64,000 bases of DNA from NCBI GenBank assembly GCA_964446965.1, contig CAYUQD010000001.1, positions 21,586-85,585 of the forward strand. Direction: 5' to 3'. This document shows, piece after piece, positions 1 through 9,671 of this stretch; the first letter of the stretch is position 1; each line of letters opens with the position of its first letter. The stretch is from an uncultured Candidatus Saccharibacteria bacterium (GTDB lineage Bacteria > Patescibacteriota > Minisyncoccia > Phycocordibacterales > UBA9973). Below the pieces are notes generated by a model that did no database searches, was not told the origin of the DNA, and saw nothing but the letters and a program-made list of their open reading frames with translations. The translations under genes were made by a program, and so were the position numbers.

Positions 1-65
1 TCGACACAGCGAACGACACGCTCGAAGCAGCCCTCAAGCGCAAGGAAGGCGAGATATTGAGTTAA
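1..65 (+). CDS. frr: Ribosome recycling factor, C-terminal fragment (partial at window edge)
   Basis: Frame from nt 3 reads DTANDTLEAALKRKEGEILS*, resembling the RRF C-terminus (K-E-x-E-I); sits directly upstream of rseP as in many bacteria. Confidence 0.65.
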   Translation, partial: DTANDTLEAALKRKEGEILS

Positions 66-71
66 TCGTTC

Positions 72-1121
72 ATGACTATCATTTTATTTATTCTCGTATT
101 GCTCATCTGTGTTCTCGTGCACGAATGGGGGCATTTCATTACTGCAAAAAAGAGCGGCATGTTGGTCGAAGAGTTTGGTTTCGGCATTCCTCCGCGTCTG
201 TATTCGTGGAAAAAGGGTGAGACCACCTACTCGATCAACGCACTCCCGATTGGTGGATTTGTAAAGATCGCGGGAGAGAATGGTGCAGAGCTCGACGTCC
301 CAACACATCGACAGTTCGAGAGCAAGCCGTGGTATACCAAGACCTTGGTACTACTCGCAGGAGTCATCATGAACTTCCTCCTTGCACTCGTGCTCTTTTG
401 CTTTGCGTATACGATTGGTCTCCCCGGGGTCACACCTGACGGCACACCTACGGTACTGAGTGTCATTGATGGTTCACCGACTGCAGCTTCGGGTATAGCA
501 GTAGGGGATACGATCACTCGCGTCGTCATTGATGGTACAGAGATTGGGGCGCTCGATACCAACACACTACATGATGCCATCCAAAAGGATGATGGAGATG
601 TGACTATTACCTACATTCACGACTCGGTCACAACAACTGCAACGATCCTTCCGCGCGTTGCCGACAGTAATCGCTCGATCGGTATTGCCATAGAATCCAT
701 CGGAGTGATCAAACAACCTTTTTTCCAAGCGCTCGGGTCTGCGTGGAAGCAGACTATTGGTCTCACCGCCAATATTTTCTCCGCGATAGGTACATTGGTC
801 GCTGGAATATTCACCGGCACAAGTTCAACCGAAGGTCTCGTCGGTCCAGTAGGGCTCGCAAAAGAAGTTGGGAACGCCGCATCGTTTGGAGTGACATATC
901 TGCTCGCATTTATTGCGACGATCTCGCTCAACCTTGCCGTTCTCAACGTCATGCCGTTCCCTGCGCTCGATGGAGGGCGACTCATTGTGGTCTGGGGTGA
1001 GGCGATCACTCGGCGCAAATTCTCGGCCAAAGTCGTCGGCGTCATCCATGCGATTGGATTTCTGCTTTTGATCACCTTAATGGTCGTACTGACTGTTGGG
1101 GATATTCGAAAAGCTATATAA
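72..1121 (+). CDS. rseP: RIP metalloprotease RseP (M50 family, PDZ domain)
   Basis: HEWGH zinc motif, GGFVKIAGE, NVMPFPALDGG (LDG motif), central PDZ-like region. Confidence 0.93.
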   Translation: MTIILFILVLLICVLVHEWGHFITAKKSGMLVEEFGFGIPPRLYSWKKGETTYSINALPIGGFVKIAGENGAELDVPTHRQFESKPWYTKTLVLLAGVIMNFLLALVLFCFAYTIGLPGVTPDGTPTVLSVIDGSPTAASGIAVGDTITRVVIDGTEIGALDTNTLHDAIQKDDGDVTITYIHDSVTTTATILPRVADSNRSIGIAIESIGVIKQPFFQALGSAWKQTIGLTANIFSAIGTLVAGIFTGTSSTEGLVGPVGLAKEVGNAASFGVTYLLAFIATISLNLAVLNVMPFPALDGGRLIVVWGEAITRRKFSAKVVGVIHAIGFLLLITLMVVLTVGDIRKAI

Positions 1122-1216
1122 TATAAGGGTTATTTACCACCTCGCATGTGTTTGACTTTTTTTATATCCATGATAGAGTAATAGGATAGTAATCAATAAC
1201 ACCACAATCACCACAT

Positions 1217-2248
1217 ATGCCAGTTATCAGTTTCAAACCAAAACAAGTCACCAAACGTCTTCTTTCGAACCTTCAGGACCGTGCGTACGACATCATCGTC
1301 AACCGCTACGGACTCACTGATAATGCCGATACAAAGACGCTTGAAGCTATTGGGAAAAAGTACAGTATCACCCGAGAACGCGTTCGTCAGATCGAGAACG
1401 CGGCCCTTGCTGCGATTCGCAAGAGTGATGCATTCAAGACTGAACACAAGACGTTCAGCGAGATCAAGGCATTGATCGAAACTGCTGGTGCTGTGGTGCA
1501 CGAAGACGACTTCCTCTCATTTATCTCAAAGGACAAATCAGTCCAAAATCATATTCGCTTCTACCTCGTTCTCGGTGACGACTTCAAGATGATGAAAGAA
1601 GACGAACATTTCAACGCGCGATGGACTGTCGACGAGAGTCTCTCAGAAGTTGTGCACGAAGCGTTGCACAGTGTGTATCGCACACTCGATGACAAGGAAC
1701 TCCTCTCCGAAGAAGACCTCGTTACTCGCTTCCTCAAAGAAGTCAAAGAGGTAGCTGAACAATACAAGAACGAAGAAGTTGCTCGCCGATGGCTCAACAT
1801 CTCAAAAAAGATTGCAAAGAACCCGCTCGGTGAATGGGGTCCATCTGGTTCTCAGAATATCAAGACTCGTGGTATCAAGGACTTTGCATTCCTCATCATG
1901 CGCAAGCATGGTTCTCCGATGCACTTCCGTGAAGTAGCAAAGGCAATCCAAGACACCTTTGGCAAAAAGACTCATGTAGCGACAACACACAATGAGTTGA
2001 TCAAAGATGCTCGCTTTGTCCTCGTCGGACGTGGCTACTATGCACTCGCAGAATGGGGATACAAGCCAGGTATTGTCCGTGATGTCATCAAGGAGATCCT
2101 CATCAAGGAAGGTCCACTCACCAAAGAAGATGTGATCGACCGAGTCCTCAAGGAACGCTTCCTCAAAAAGAACACCATCCTCGTCAACCTTCAGAACGCA
2201 AAATATTTCAAAAAGCTCGCTGACGGAACATATACTGTCGCAAAATAA
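1217..2248 (+). CDS. Sigma70 region-4-like HTH protein with C-terminal winged-helix (HARE-HTH/delta-like) domain
   Basis: N-terminal RYGL...TLEAIGKKYSITRERVRQIE (sigma region 4); C-terminal PMHFREV...HNELIKDARFVLVGRGYYAL; lacks sigma region 2. Confidence 0.75.
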   Translation: MPVISFKPKQVTKRLLSNLQDRAYDIIVNRYGLTDNADTKTLEAIGKKYSITRERVRQIENAALAAIRKSDAFKTEHKTFSEIKALIETAGAVVHEDDFLSFISKDKSVQNHIRFYLVLGDDFKMMKEDEHFNARWTVDESLSEVVHEALHSVYRTLDDKELLSEEDLVTRFLKEVKEVAEQYKNEEVARRWLNISKKIAKNPLGEWGPSGSQNIKTRGIKDFAFLIMRKHGSPMHFREVAKAIQDTFGKKTHVATTHNELIKDARFVLVGRGYYALAEWGYKPGIVRDVIKEILIKEGPLTKEDVIDRVLKERFLKKNTILVNLQNAKYFKKLADGTYTVAK

Positions 2249-2260
2249 TATCGCAAACCA

Positions 2261-2285
2261 CAAACCCTCTTACAAAAGAGGGTTT
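2261..2285 (+). terminator. Intrinsic terminator hairpin
   Basis: AAACCCTCTT-acaa-AAGAGGGTTT inverted repeat. Confidence 0.7.
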
Positions 2286-2307
2286 GTGCGTGCTAGACTA
2301 CTTCTAT

Positions 2308-2817
2308 ATGGCAGATGCACCGAGCGGTGGAGGCAAATGGGAGACATTCGAGATAGTCATCATCGTCATTTTGATTGGCGGTATCTTGGTCAGACTCACT
2401 GGTACATCGCTCTCGGGTACCCGATCCACTAACACCAAGGCCCCAACCACCACACAGACAGTTACGACTCCAGCAACACCCAACGATATTTGCGGACTCA
2501 CGACATCAGCTCCTCTCGCCAACCAAAAGGTGAAGGGGTCTGTCACAATATCGGGTACTATCAACGGATGCGATTGGATGCCAGTCAATGGTGTTGCGCT
2601 CTATGCACAAGTCATCGACAAGAATGGTAAACCAGTATCAGACTATATCCATGTCCCTGCGCAAAATGTCGTAGACAGCACTGCTTCATTTTCTATGACT
2701 ATTGCGCTCTACAACCAACCTGCAAGCGGGTCAGGGACAGTCATATTCATTCCGGTGAGACCGGTGAGTACAAAAGGAGGAGTCTCTGCACGTATTCCTA
2801 TTACATTCTCACGCTAA
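2308..2817 (+). CDS. Membrane-anchored hypothetical protein with Ig-like (Gmad2-like) C-terminal domain
   Basis: N-terminal TM helix, Thr/Pro-rich linker, beta-rich domain (PLANQKVKGSVTISG); start reassigned to ATG at 2308. Confidence 0.6.
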   Translation: MADAPSGGGKWETFEIVIIVILIGGILVRLTGTSLSGTRSTNTKAPTTTQTVTTPATPNDICGLTTSAPLANQKVKGSVTISGTINGCDWMPVNGVALYAQVIDKNGKPVSDYIHVPAQNVVDSTASFSMTIALYNQPASGSGTVIFIPVRPVSTKGGVSARIPITFSR

Positions 2818-2858
2818 GTATTCCCAACAATAGCCTTGTCGATGCTATACTAGTGGAC

Positions 2859-4121
2859 ATGGAATCTTCCATTGCGCTCCAACTCTTCATTCGCCACTTT
2901 GGCGTTTTTGTTGCATTGATCTTTGTTGCGATTGTGGCATGGAACTTGTGGGTCACCTATATCAATACGTTGTATCTGAGGACTATTGAATGGGTCATAC
3001 TCGAAATCGTTCCTCCAAAAGAAGTATTCAAATCTCCCGAAGCAATGGAGCTAGTCTTGAACGTATTTAACGGAGGTGGTCCTGGCAACTGGTACGAAAA
3101 ATATTGGAAAGGAGAACTCGCTCAGTATTATGCGCTCGAGATAGTTTCAACTGAAGGTAAAATTCATTTTTATGTACGTTTTGCCAAGAAATTCAAAAAA
3201 GCTTTTGAGTCACAACTCTATGCGCAATATCCGCAAGCAGAAGTGAGTGAGGTGGCAGATTACTCCCAAAAGATCCCGGATTTTAGTACTGGAGCTATCA
3301 ATATCTTTGCCTACAATCTCAAACTCAAAAAAGAAGATCCATATCCAATCAAGACATATATCGACTTTGGGCTCGATAGAGCGATAGGTTCACTGGATGA
3401 AGAGCAGCGAATTGATCCGATAACACCCACATTGGAAACAATGGGATCTATTGGAGTAGGAGAACACATCTGGATGCAGATCAACTTTCGCCAGGCGATC
3501 AAACGACATGAAGTAAAAAAGGGAGATGTGGTAGAAAAAGAAAAAGGTTGGACTGACAAGAGTAAAGAAGTCATCACTGGGTTGAAGGCGGCCGCAAATA
3601 CTAAAGATGCTGAGGGCAAGACCATCCCTGGCAAACTAACAAAAGGTGAACAACAAGTCATCGAGGCAATAGAACGACATCGCAACAAGGCTGGTTTTGA
3701 TTGTGGAATGCGCGTGCTATATATTGCTGAGAAGGACAAGTTTAGTGGAAACACGATCTCTGCATTCACTGCGATGTTTCGTCAGTACAATACCGAAGAC
3801 ATGAACTCATTTAGTATGACTGATCTGACCAAAACTCCTGACGCTATGCCATGGAAGGATCCCTATGACCACAAAGTAAAGAAGATGAAAAAAGACTATC
3901 TCAGTGATTACAAGTCACGTTCATATTTCTACGGAGGGTTTGATTTTCACAAGATTACAAAATATTTTACAAACCCCGAAAAGTCTGGCAGTGATGGATT
4001 TGTGCTTTCGAGTGAAGAGCTCGCTACACTCTTTCACTTGCCAGGTCGTGTGGCAGAGACGCCGACATTTACTCGTATCGAATCCAAGAAGGGCGAACCA
4101 CCAGCAAATCTCCCAATATAA
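2859..4121 (+). CDS. Conserved CPR membrane protein of unknown function
   Basis: N-terminal TM; LEIVPPKE...AME, ALEIVS, LYAQYP, LSSEELATLFHLP, PPANLP motifs typical of a Parcubacteria hypothetical family. Confidence 0.7.
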   Translation: MESSIALQLFIRHFGVFVALIFVAIVAWNLWVTYINTLYLRTIEWVILEIVPPKEVFKSPEAMELVLNVFNGGGPGNWYEKYWKGELAQYYALEIVSTEGKIHFYVRFAKKFKKAFESQLYAQYPQAEVSEVADYSQKIPDFSTGAINIFAYNLKLKKEDPYPIKTYIDFGLDRAIGSLDEEQRIDPITPTLETMGSIGVGEHIWMQINFRQAIKRHEVKKGDVVEKEKGWTDKSKEVITGLKAAANTKDAEGKTIPGKLTKGEQQVIEAIERHRNKAGFDCGMRVLYIAEKDKFSGNTISAFTAMFRQYNTEDMNSFSMTDLTKTPDAMPWKDPYDHKVKKMKKDYLSDYKSRSYFYGGFDFHKITKYFTNPEKSGSDGFVLSSEELATLFHLPGRVAETPTFTRIESKKGEPPANLPI

Positions 4122-4123
4122 TC

Positions 4124-5083
4124 ATGACTACCCTGATCAAAACTATTCTTCGGCTCGCGCTCTTTGTGGTACTCGTAATACTCTTTGTTTCATTTATTCG
4201 CAGTAGGATAGCGGCTCCTGCAGAGTTCCCAGTACCATATCAGTTGACTATTGAGACTGGACAGACACTGTTCTCTATCTCACGCGAACTCGCCGATGCA
4301 AAAGCTATCCGCTCTCCGCGAGTGTTTGAAATATTTATGGTTGCCCTTGGCAGTGAAAAGAGGGTAAGTGATGGTGTCTACTATTTTGATCGACCAGCGT
4401 CTGCACTTGAGATCGCATTACGTATCTCGGGCAGACAGTTCGGTATTGATCGCAAACGAGTAACATTCCCCGAAGGCTTTAGTACCAAGCAAATAGGGGA
4501 TCGTCTCGGAGCGACCTTCGAAGGTTTTGATACGACATTGTTCATGACACTCGCAAAGGGGAATGAAGGGTATTTATTTCCCGATACGTACGGCTTCTTT
4601 CCTTCCGTGACGCCAGACTTTGTGGTCGCAACACTCAAGCGCAACTTTACTTCCCAGCTTGCGCCACTCCAAGAGGATATCAAATCCTCAGGTCGTACCC
4701 AGGCCGAGATCATCACGATGGCATCTATCATTGAGAAGGAAGCTCGTGGTACGAGTGACCGCGCGCTCATCTCGGGTATACTGTGGAAGCGTCTCGATCA
4801 GGGCATTGCGCTCCAAGTCGATGCACCATTTCTCTACATTCTCGGCAAAGAGAGTAAGGACCTTACCGCAAAGGACCTTGCAACCAACTCTCCATACAAT
4901 ACGTACCGCAACAAAGGTTTGCCACCCGGACCGATCAACAACCCTGGTCTTGCAGCTATTATGGCTGCGATATATCCCGAGCAGTCTCCGTATCTCTTTT
5001 ACCTACACGATGCAGATGGAGAGATTCACTACGGGCGCACGTATGCCGAACACAAGAAAAATATAGCAACATACCTCAAATAA
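4124..5083 (+). CDS. mltG: Endolytic transglycosylase MltG (YceG)
   Basis: VTFPEG, EGYLFPDTY, MASIIEKE, LQVDA, SPYNTY...GLPPGPINNPG. Confidence 0.95.
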   Translation: MTTLIKTILRLALFVVLVILFVSFIRSRIAAPAEFPVPYQLTIETGQTLFSISRELADAKAIRSPRVFEIFMVALGSEKRVSDGVYYFDRPASALEIALRISGRQFGIDRKRVTFPEGFSTKQIGDRLGATFEGFDTTLFMTLAKGNEGYLFPDTYGFFPSVTPDFVVATLKRNFTSQLAPLQEDIKSSGRTQAEIITMASIIEKEARGTSDRALISGILWKRLDQGIALQVDAPFLYILGKESKDLTAKDLATNSPYNTYRNKGLPPGPINNPGLAAIMAAIYPEQSPYLFYLHDADGEIHYGRTYAEHKKNIATYLK

Positions 5084-5086
5084 TTT

Positions 5087-5629
5087 ATGATCCTCCAACA
5101 ACCACTCGCATTCATCGACATCGAGACTACTGGCCTCGACCACAACTCTGCCGAGATCATCGAACTCGGTGTTGTCATCGCGCGCCTCAAGGATGGCGAG
5201 CTGACTGTCATCGACGAACTCGACCTCAAGATTACTCCCAAACATATTGAGACAGCAGAGCCTGCGGCGCTACGCGTCAATGGGTACAATGAAGCCGATT
5301 GGATATTTGCAGTATCTATCGAGGATGCGTTGCGGACATTTGTGCAGAAGACTCGTGGTGCAGTATTTGTCGCGCACAATGTCACCTTTGATTACGGATT
5401 TATCGACGCCAATCTCAAGCGTTACAACATCGAGCATGACATGCACTATCACAAACTTGATACGATCTCACTCGCATTTGGTGTACTTCACAACAACGAT
5501 GATATCGGCAAGCTCTCGCTTCGCGCGCTGTGTGAGAAATATGAGATAGATAATAAAAAAGCGCATAGTGCATTTGCTGATGCCTACGCGCTGTACGAAG
5601 TGTTCAAGAAGTTAATGAATTTGAAATAA
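5087..5629 (+). CDS. DEDDh 3'-5' exonuclease (DnaQ-like)
   Basis: DIETTG (ExoI), AHNVTFD (ExoII), HSAFAD (ExoIII). Confidence 0.9.
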   Translation: MILQQPLAFIDIETTGLDHNSAEIIELGVVIARLKDGELTVIDELDLKITPKHIETAEPAALRVNGYNEADWIFAVSIEDALRTFVQKTRGAVFVAHNVTFDYGFIDANLKRYNIEHDMHYHKLDTISLAFGVLHNNDDIGKLSLRALCEKYEIDNKKAHSAFADAYALYEVFKKLMNLK

Positions 5630-5638
5630 AAAAAGAAT

Positions 5639-6016
5639 TCAGGTTTCGTTGAATTCTTTTACAAGTGCATCCATTTGCTTTTTTGAAAGGTTGCAATCCC
5701 TTAAGTGAAATAATTTCATTGAGATTAACGGTAGTGCATCCCATTTTTCGACAGGTTCACCGCATGTTTTACATGTACCTTCAAACATCCATTGATGTGG
5801 TGCAAATGCAAACCTCCCCATTCTAGCAGGTCCTTTATATGCCTTGATACCTGTCCATAGCGGTTCGTGAATATGTGGGGTCGTGTGGGTGCAATCAACA
5901 CAAACTTCTTGTAGATGGTCATTTGAAACTTGGTACCTATGCTCACCAACGGTACATTTCACTGCTTTTCTATAGCGGGAATAAAATTTATTCCACCACA
6001 TAGTTAATTTTTTCAT
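5639..6016 (-). CDS. Hypothetical protein with Cys/His clusters (possible Zn-binding)
   Basis: AT-rich 125-aa ORF, CxxC motifs CVDC and CKTC, own TTGACA promoter on the minus strand at 6056-6061. Confidence 0.6.
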   Translation of the reverse strand: MKKLTMWWNKFYSRYRKAVKCTVGEHRYQVSNDHLQEVCVDCTHTTPHIHEPLWTGIKAYKGPARMGRFAFAPHQWMFEGTCKTCGEPVEKWDALPLISMKLFHLRDCNLSKKQMDALVKEFNET

Positions 6017-6082
6017 ACTAAAAGTTTTTCTTCACTCTAAACTAAAAGGACGATTTGTCAAATATATGGTACTATCACGTTT

Positions 6083-7138
6083 GTGAAAGATAAAAAGCAA
6101 AAAATATTTGTCGGGATGTCGGGCGGTGTAGACTCGTCGGTGGCGGCGTATTTGTTGCTGCAGCAAGGGCATGAGGTCCACGGCATATTTGTAAAGACAT
6201 GGTCACCAGAATGGCTCCCGTGTACATGGGTCGATGAGAAGAGAGATGCGATGCGAGTGTGTGCACACCTCGGTATTCCATTTCATTTCCTCGATGCTGA
6301 GGATGCGTACAGAGAAGGTGTTGCACAATATATGATCGATGAGTACAAAGCAGGTCGTACCCCTAACCCAGATGTACTGTGCAACCGTGTGATCAAGTTT
6401 GGGGTCATGTGGGAGTATGCAAAGAGTCATGGGGCCGACGCGATCGCGACCGGGCACTATGCGCAGACGGATGGCATATCTATCCGACGAGGTCTTGATA
6501 TGAGCAAAGACCAGTCGTACTTTCTCTGGATGATATCTAGAGGCGAGCTTGGACACATACAGTTTCCGATTGGTCACTTGCCCAAAGTCGATGTCCGCGC
6601 TATCGCAGACAAAGCGAAGCTCTTTACCGCTACAAAGAAAGATAGCCAAGGCATCTGTTTTCTCGGAGACGTCGATATGCGCGCATTCCTCACACACTAT
6701 ATAGAGCAAAAAAAGGGGAGTGTGATAGATAGACAAGGTACTGTAGTCGGAGAGCACGACGGTGTCTGGTTCTACACGCTCGGCGAGCGACACGGATTTC
6801 GTATTACAACTCAGGGCACCAATGATCCTCGGTACTATATTGTCGGCAAGGATATTGAGAACAATGTGCTCATTGTTGATACTGCTCCGACCAGTACCGT
6901 TGCTCATAACGGCACTCTCATACTGACACTTCGTGATGTAAATTGGATTGGACAATACGATACAGCCACTTCATACACCGCAAATATTCGCTATCACGGC
7001 GACGCCATACCAAGTAGTGTATTGAGCGATACCCAAGTCAGTATTGAGTACAATGGCGTCGTTGCGCTCGGGCAGTCCATCGTCATATATGACAATGATC
7101 AAATAGTCGGTGGTGGCATCATTGATGTAGTAGCCTAG
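6083..7138 (+). CDS. mnmA: tRNA 2-thiouridylase MnmA
   Basis: SGGVDS PP-loop, TPNPDVLCN, ATGHYA, KDQSYFL, KKDSQGICF. Confidence 0.97.
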   Translation: MKDKKQKIFVGMSGGVDSSVAAYLLLQQGHEVHGIFVKTWSPEWLPCTWVDEKRDAMRVCAHLGIPFHFLDAEDAYREGVAQYMIDEYKAGRTPNPDVLCNRVIKFGVMWEYAKSHGADAIATGHYAQTDGISIRRGLDMSKDQSYFLWMISRGELGHIQFPIGHLPKVDVRAIADKAKLFTATKKDSQGICFLGDVDMRAFLTHYIEQKKGSVIDRQGTVVGEHDGVWFYTLGERHGFRITTQGTNDPRYYIVGKDIENNVLIVDTAPTSTVAHNGTLILTLRDVNWIGQYDTATSYTANIRYHGDAIPSSVLSDTQVSIEYNGVVALGQSIVIYDNDQIVGGGIIDVVA

Positions 7139-7157
7139 TCTGCGCTATACTGATCCT

Positions 7158-7619
7158 ATGCAATCCATCATCACTGACCCTATAGTCCTTAGTCTCCTTT
7201 GTGCAATGCTCATGGGTATGACCCTTGGTATCGAACGATTTCTCGCGCACAAGACCGCGGGTATGCGTACCTACACACTCATCAGTATGGGGTCGGCAAT
7301 GTTTGTCATTATCTCGCAACTCGTTGCGTCGCAATCGACGGGAATGTTCGATCCATTGCGTATGGCAGCACAAGTCGTTGCTGCTGCAGGATTCCTCGGA
7401 GTCGGAGTAATATTTCACAATAGTCAGCGTGTCAGTGGTATCACGACTGCATCTGGTATGTGGGTCGCGGCGGGTATCGGTATGGCGTGTGGATTTGGGT
7501 TGTACAAGCTTGCGCTCATCGTCACCGTACTCACACTCTTTACCTTCATCGTTATGTGGTTTCTCGAGCGTCTCATCCGCAAACTCCCGATCGGACATGA
7601 CGAGACACCGTCTCTCTAG
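7158..7619 (+). CDS. MgtC/SapB family membrane protein
   Basis: GIER, AGMRTYTL, DPLRMAAQVV, GITTASGMW motifs. Confidence 0.9.
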   Translation: MQSIITDPIVLSLLCAMLMGMTLGIERFLAHKTAGMRTYTLISMGSAMFVIISQLVASQSTGMFDPLRMAAQVVAAAGFLGVGVIFHNSQRVSGITTASGMWVAAGIGMACGFGLYKLALIVTVLTLFTFIVMWFLERLIRKLPIGHDETPSL

Positions 7620-7671
7620 TCGACACCTACAGCATTAGCCCCACAAGGGCTTTTTTGTTATGATGCGGGAT

Positions 7672-9438
7672 ATGAACTATCGTACTGAATGGAATTTGGG
7701 GTTGCTGTATAAAAGTGAAAAGGACCCACAGATAGAAAAAGATATTATAACAATAGAGAAAGTGTGCCTTGCCTTTGAAAAGAAATATAAAGGTAAGGAT
7801 TTTCTGAGTTCGCCTAAGCGTCTGGCGCAGGCATTCACCGATAAAGAAACATTGACTGAAGAGATGAACGGCAATAAATGTTGGTGGTATTTTGCACTTC
7901 GAAATCGTCTCAATAGTGATGATAGTTATGCTGGCGCTATGGCAACAAAGATGGATCAAAGAATTAATAATGCAGCGAATAAAATAAAGTTTTTCTTTCT
8001 TGAAATATCAAAAATTTCTCCAAAAAACCAATCAATGTATCTTAATGATCCAGATCTATTTCCTTACAAATATGCATTGGAGCGAATGTTTAATTCTGCA
8101 AAATACAACCTTTCTGAAAAGGAAGAACAAATTATCTCGCTACTATCACAAACGAGCTATGATATGTGGGTAGATGGTCAACAAAGAGTTCTTACACAAG
8201 AAACAATTGAACATGCCCGTAAAACTATACCCTTATCAAAGGCAATGTCGATTTTGGGAGATGAGCCAAAAAAAACTCGACAGATATTACATAACAAAAT
8301 AAACAATGCCTTAAAACGCAACGCTTCGTTTGCAAGCGCAGAAATCAACGCAGTGTTTAACTACAAGAAAATACTCGATGAACGAAGGGGATATAAAAAA
8401 TGCTACAGCGAGACAGTATTGGGATACGAGAACGATGAAAAGACAGTCGAAGATCTCGTTGATGTTGTGACGAAATATTTCAGATTAAGTCACAGGTTCT
8501 ACAGCCTCCATTCCAAGTTATTGGGTAAAAAGAACATCACTATGGCAGATCGATCTGTAAAGATCGGCGAGATTAAAAAGAAATTTGATTTTGAAAGTTC
8601 TATCGATTTAGTCAAAAATGCGTTTACAAAAGTTGATAAAAAATATGCACAGTATGTCGATACTTATTTAGAAAATGGCCAAATTGATGTATATCCCAAG
8701 AAAGGTAAAGATAGTGGTGCGTTTTGTTGGGGGATAGATTTGTTGCCGACATATGTATTGCTCAATCATACAGACAATGTACGATCTGTTGAAACATTCG
8801 CACATGAAATGGGGCATGCTATACATACTGAGTTAAGTAAAAAACAACCTCCACGGTACAGACATTATTCTACTGCCACTGCTGAAGTAGCAAGTACTTT
8901 CTTTGAATTGGTAGCGGCTGATGATCTCGAAGCAGGGCTCTCCGATAAAGAGAAAATTGTATTACTTCACAACAAAACAATGGGAGATATTAGTACAATT
9001 TTCAGGCAAATTGCTTGTTTCAACTTTGAAAAAGAATTACATGAGAAAATTCGGACAGAAGGACAATTAGATCAAGGACAGATTGCGATACTTCTTCAAA
9101 AGCATTTACAGTCCTACACAGGCAAATCAATGGAAGTAACACAAGATGATGGGTATTTCTTTGTGACATGGTCGCACATTAGACGCTTCTTTTATGTGTA
9201 CTCGTATGCCTACGGCCAAATCATTAGTCGTGCCCTGTATGAAAAATGGAAAGCAGATCCATCATATGCCAAAAAAATTGAACAATTTCTCAGTGCCGGC
9301 CGTTCAATGTCACCAAAAGATATATTCAAATCCATCGGCATCACTACAAACGCGGCATTCTTTGAAGCAGGATTGAAGGGTATTGAAGCTGATATTGATA
9401 AGTTGGAAAAGTTGGCAAAAAAGCAAAAATTGATATAA
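7672..9438 (+). CDS. M3B oligoendopeptidase F-like peptidase
   Basis: TEWNL N-terminus, GKDSGAFC, HEMGH zinc motif, AEVASTFFE, FYVYSYAYG; AT-rich relative to neighbours; start 7672 or 7660. Confidence 0.9.
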   Translation: MNYRTEWNLGLLYKSEKDPQIEKDIITIEKVCLAFEKKYKGKDFLSSPKRLAQAFTDKETLTEEMNGNKCWWYFALRNRLNSDDSYAGAMATKMDQRINNAANKIKFFFLEISKISPKNQSMYLNDPDLFPYKYALERMFNSAKYNLSEKEEQIISLLSQTSYDMWVDGQQRVLTQETIEHARKTIPLSKAMSILGDEPKKTRQILHNKINNALKRNASFASAEINAVFNYKKILDERRGYKKCYSETVLGYENDEKTVEDLVDVVTKYFRLSHRFYSLHSKLLGKKNITMADRSVKIGEIKKKFDFESSIDLVKNAFTKVDKKYAQYVDTYLENGQIDVYPKKGKDSGAFCWGIDLLPTYVLLNHTDNVRSVETFAHEMGHAIHTELSKKQPPRYRHYSTATAEVASTFFELVAADDLEAGLSDKEKIVLLHNKTMGDISTIFRQIACFNFEKELHEKIRTEGQLDQGQIAILLQKHLQSYTGKSMEVTQDDGYFFVTWSHIRRFFYVYSYAYGQIISRALYEKWKADPSYAKKIEQFLSAGRSMSPKDIFKSIGITTNAAFFEAGLKGIEADIDKLEKLAKKQKLI

Positions 9439-9488
9439 CAATTGCAATTGTTGGTTTCTGTTGTATAGTCATAAAAAATCTTTTACCC

Positions 9489-9605
9489 ATGCACAAGGAT
9501 AAGATAATGCTTGCCTTATTGATGCTGTCGTGTGGTTCAACAATTTTGTCCGGATTGCTATATATTGTTTTTATAATACAAGTATGTAGAAAGGATACAT
9601 GTTGA
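9489..9605 (+). CDS. Putative 38-aa hydrophobic small protein
   Basis: MHKDKIMLALLMLSCGSTILSGLLYIVFIIQVCRKDTC*; TATAGT upstream; weak hairpin and T-tract downstream; below ORF-track cutoff. Confidence 0.4.
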   Translation: MHKDKIMLALLMLSCGSTILSGLLYIVFIIQVCRKDTC

Positions 9606-9671
9606 ACTCACTGGAGCGGGCCATGAAATGGTCTGCTTTTTTTATTACCCATTTTTTGCTACAGTATCGCA

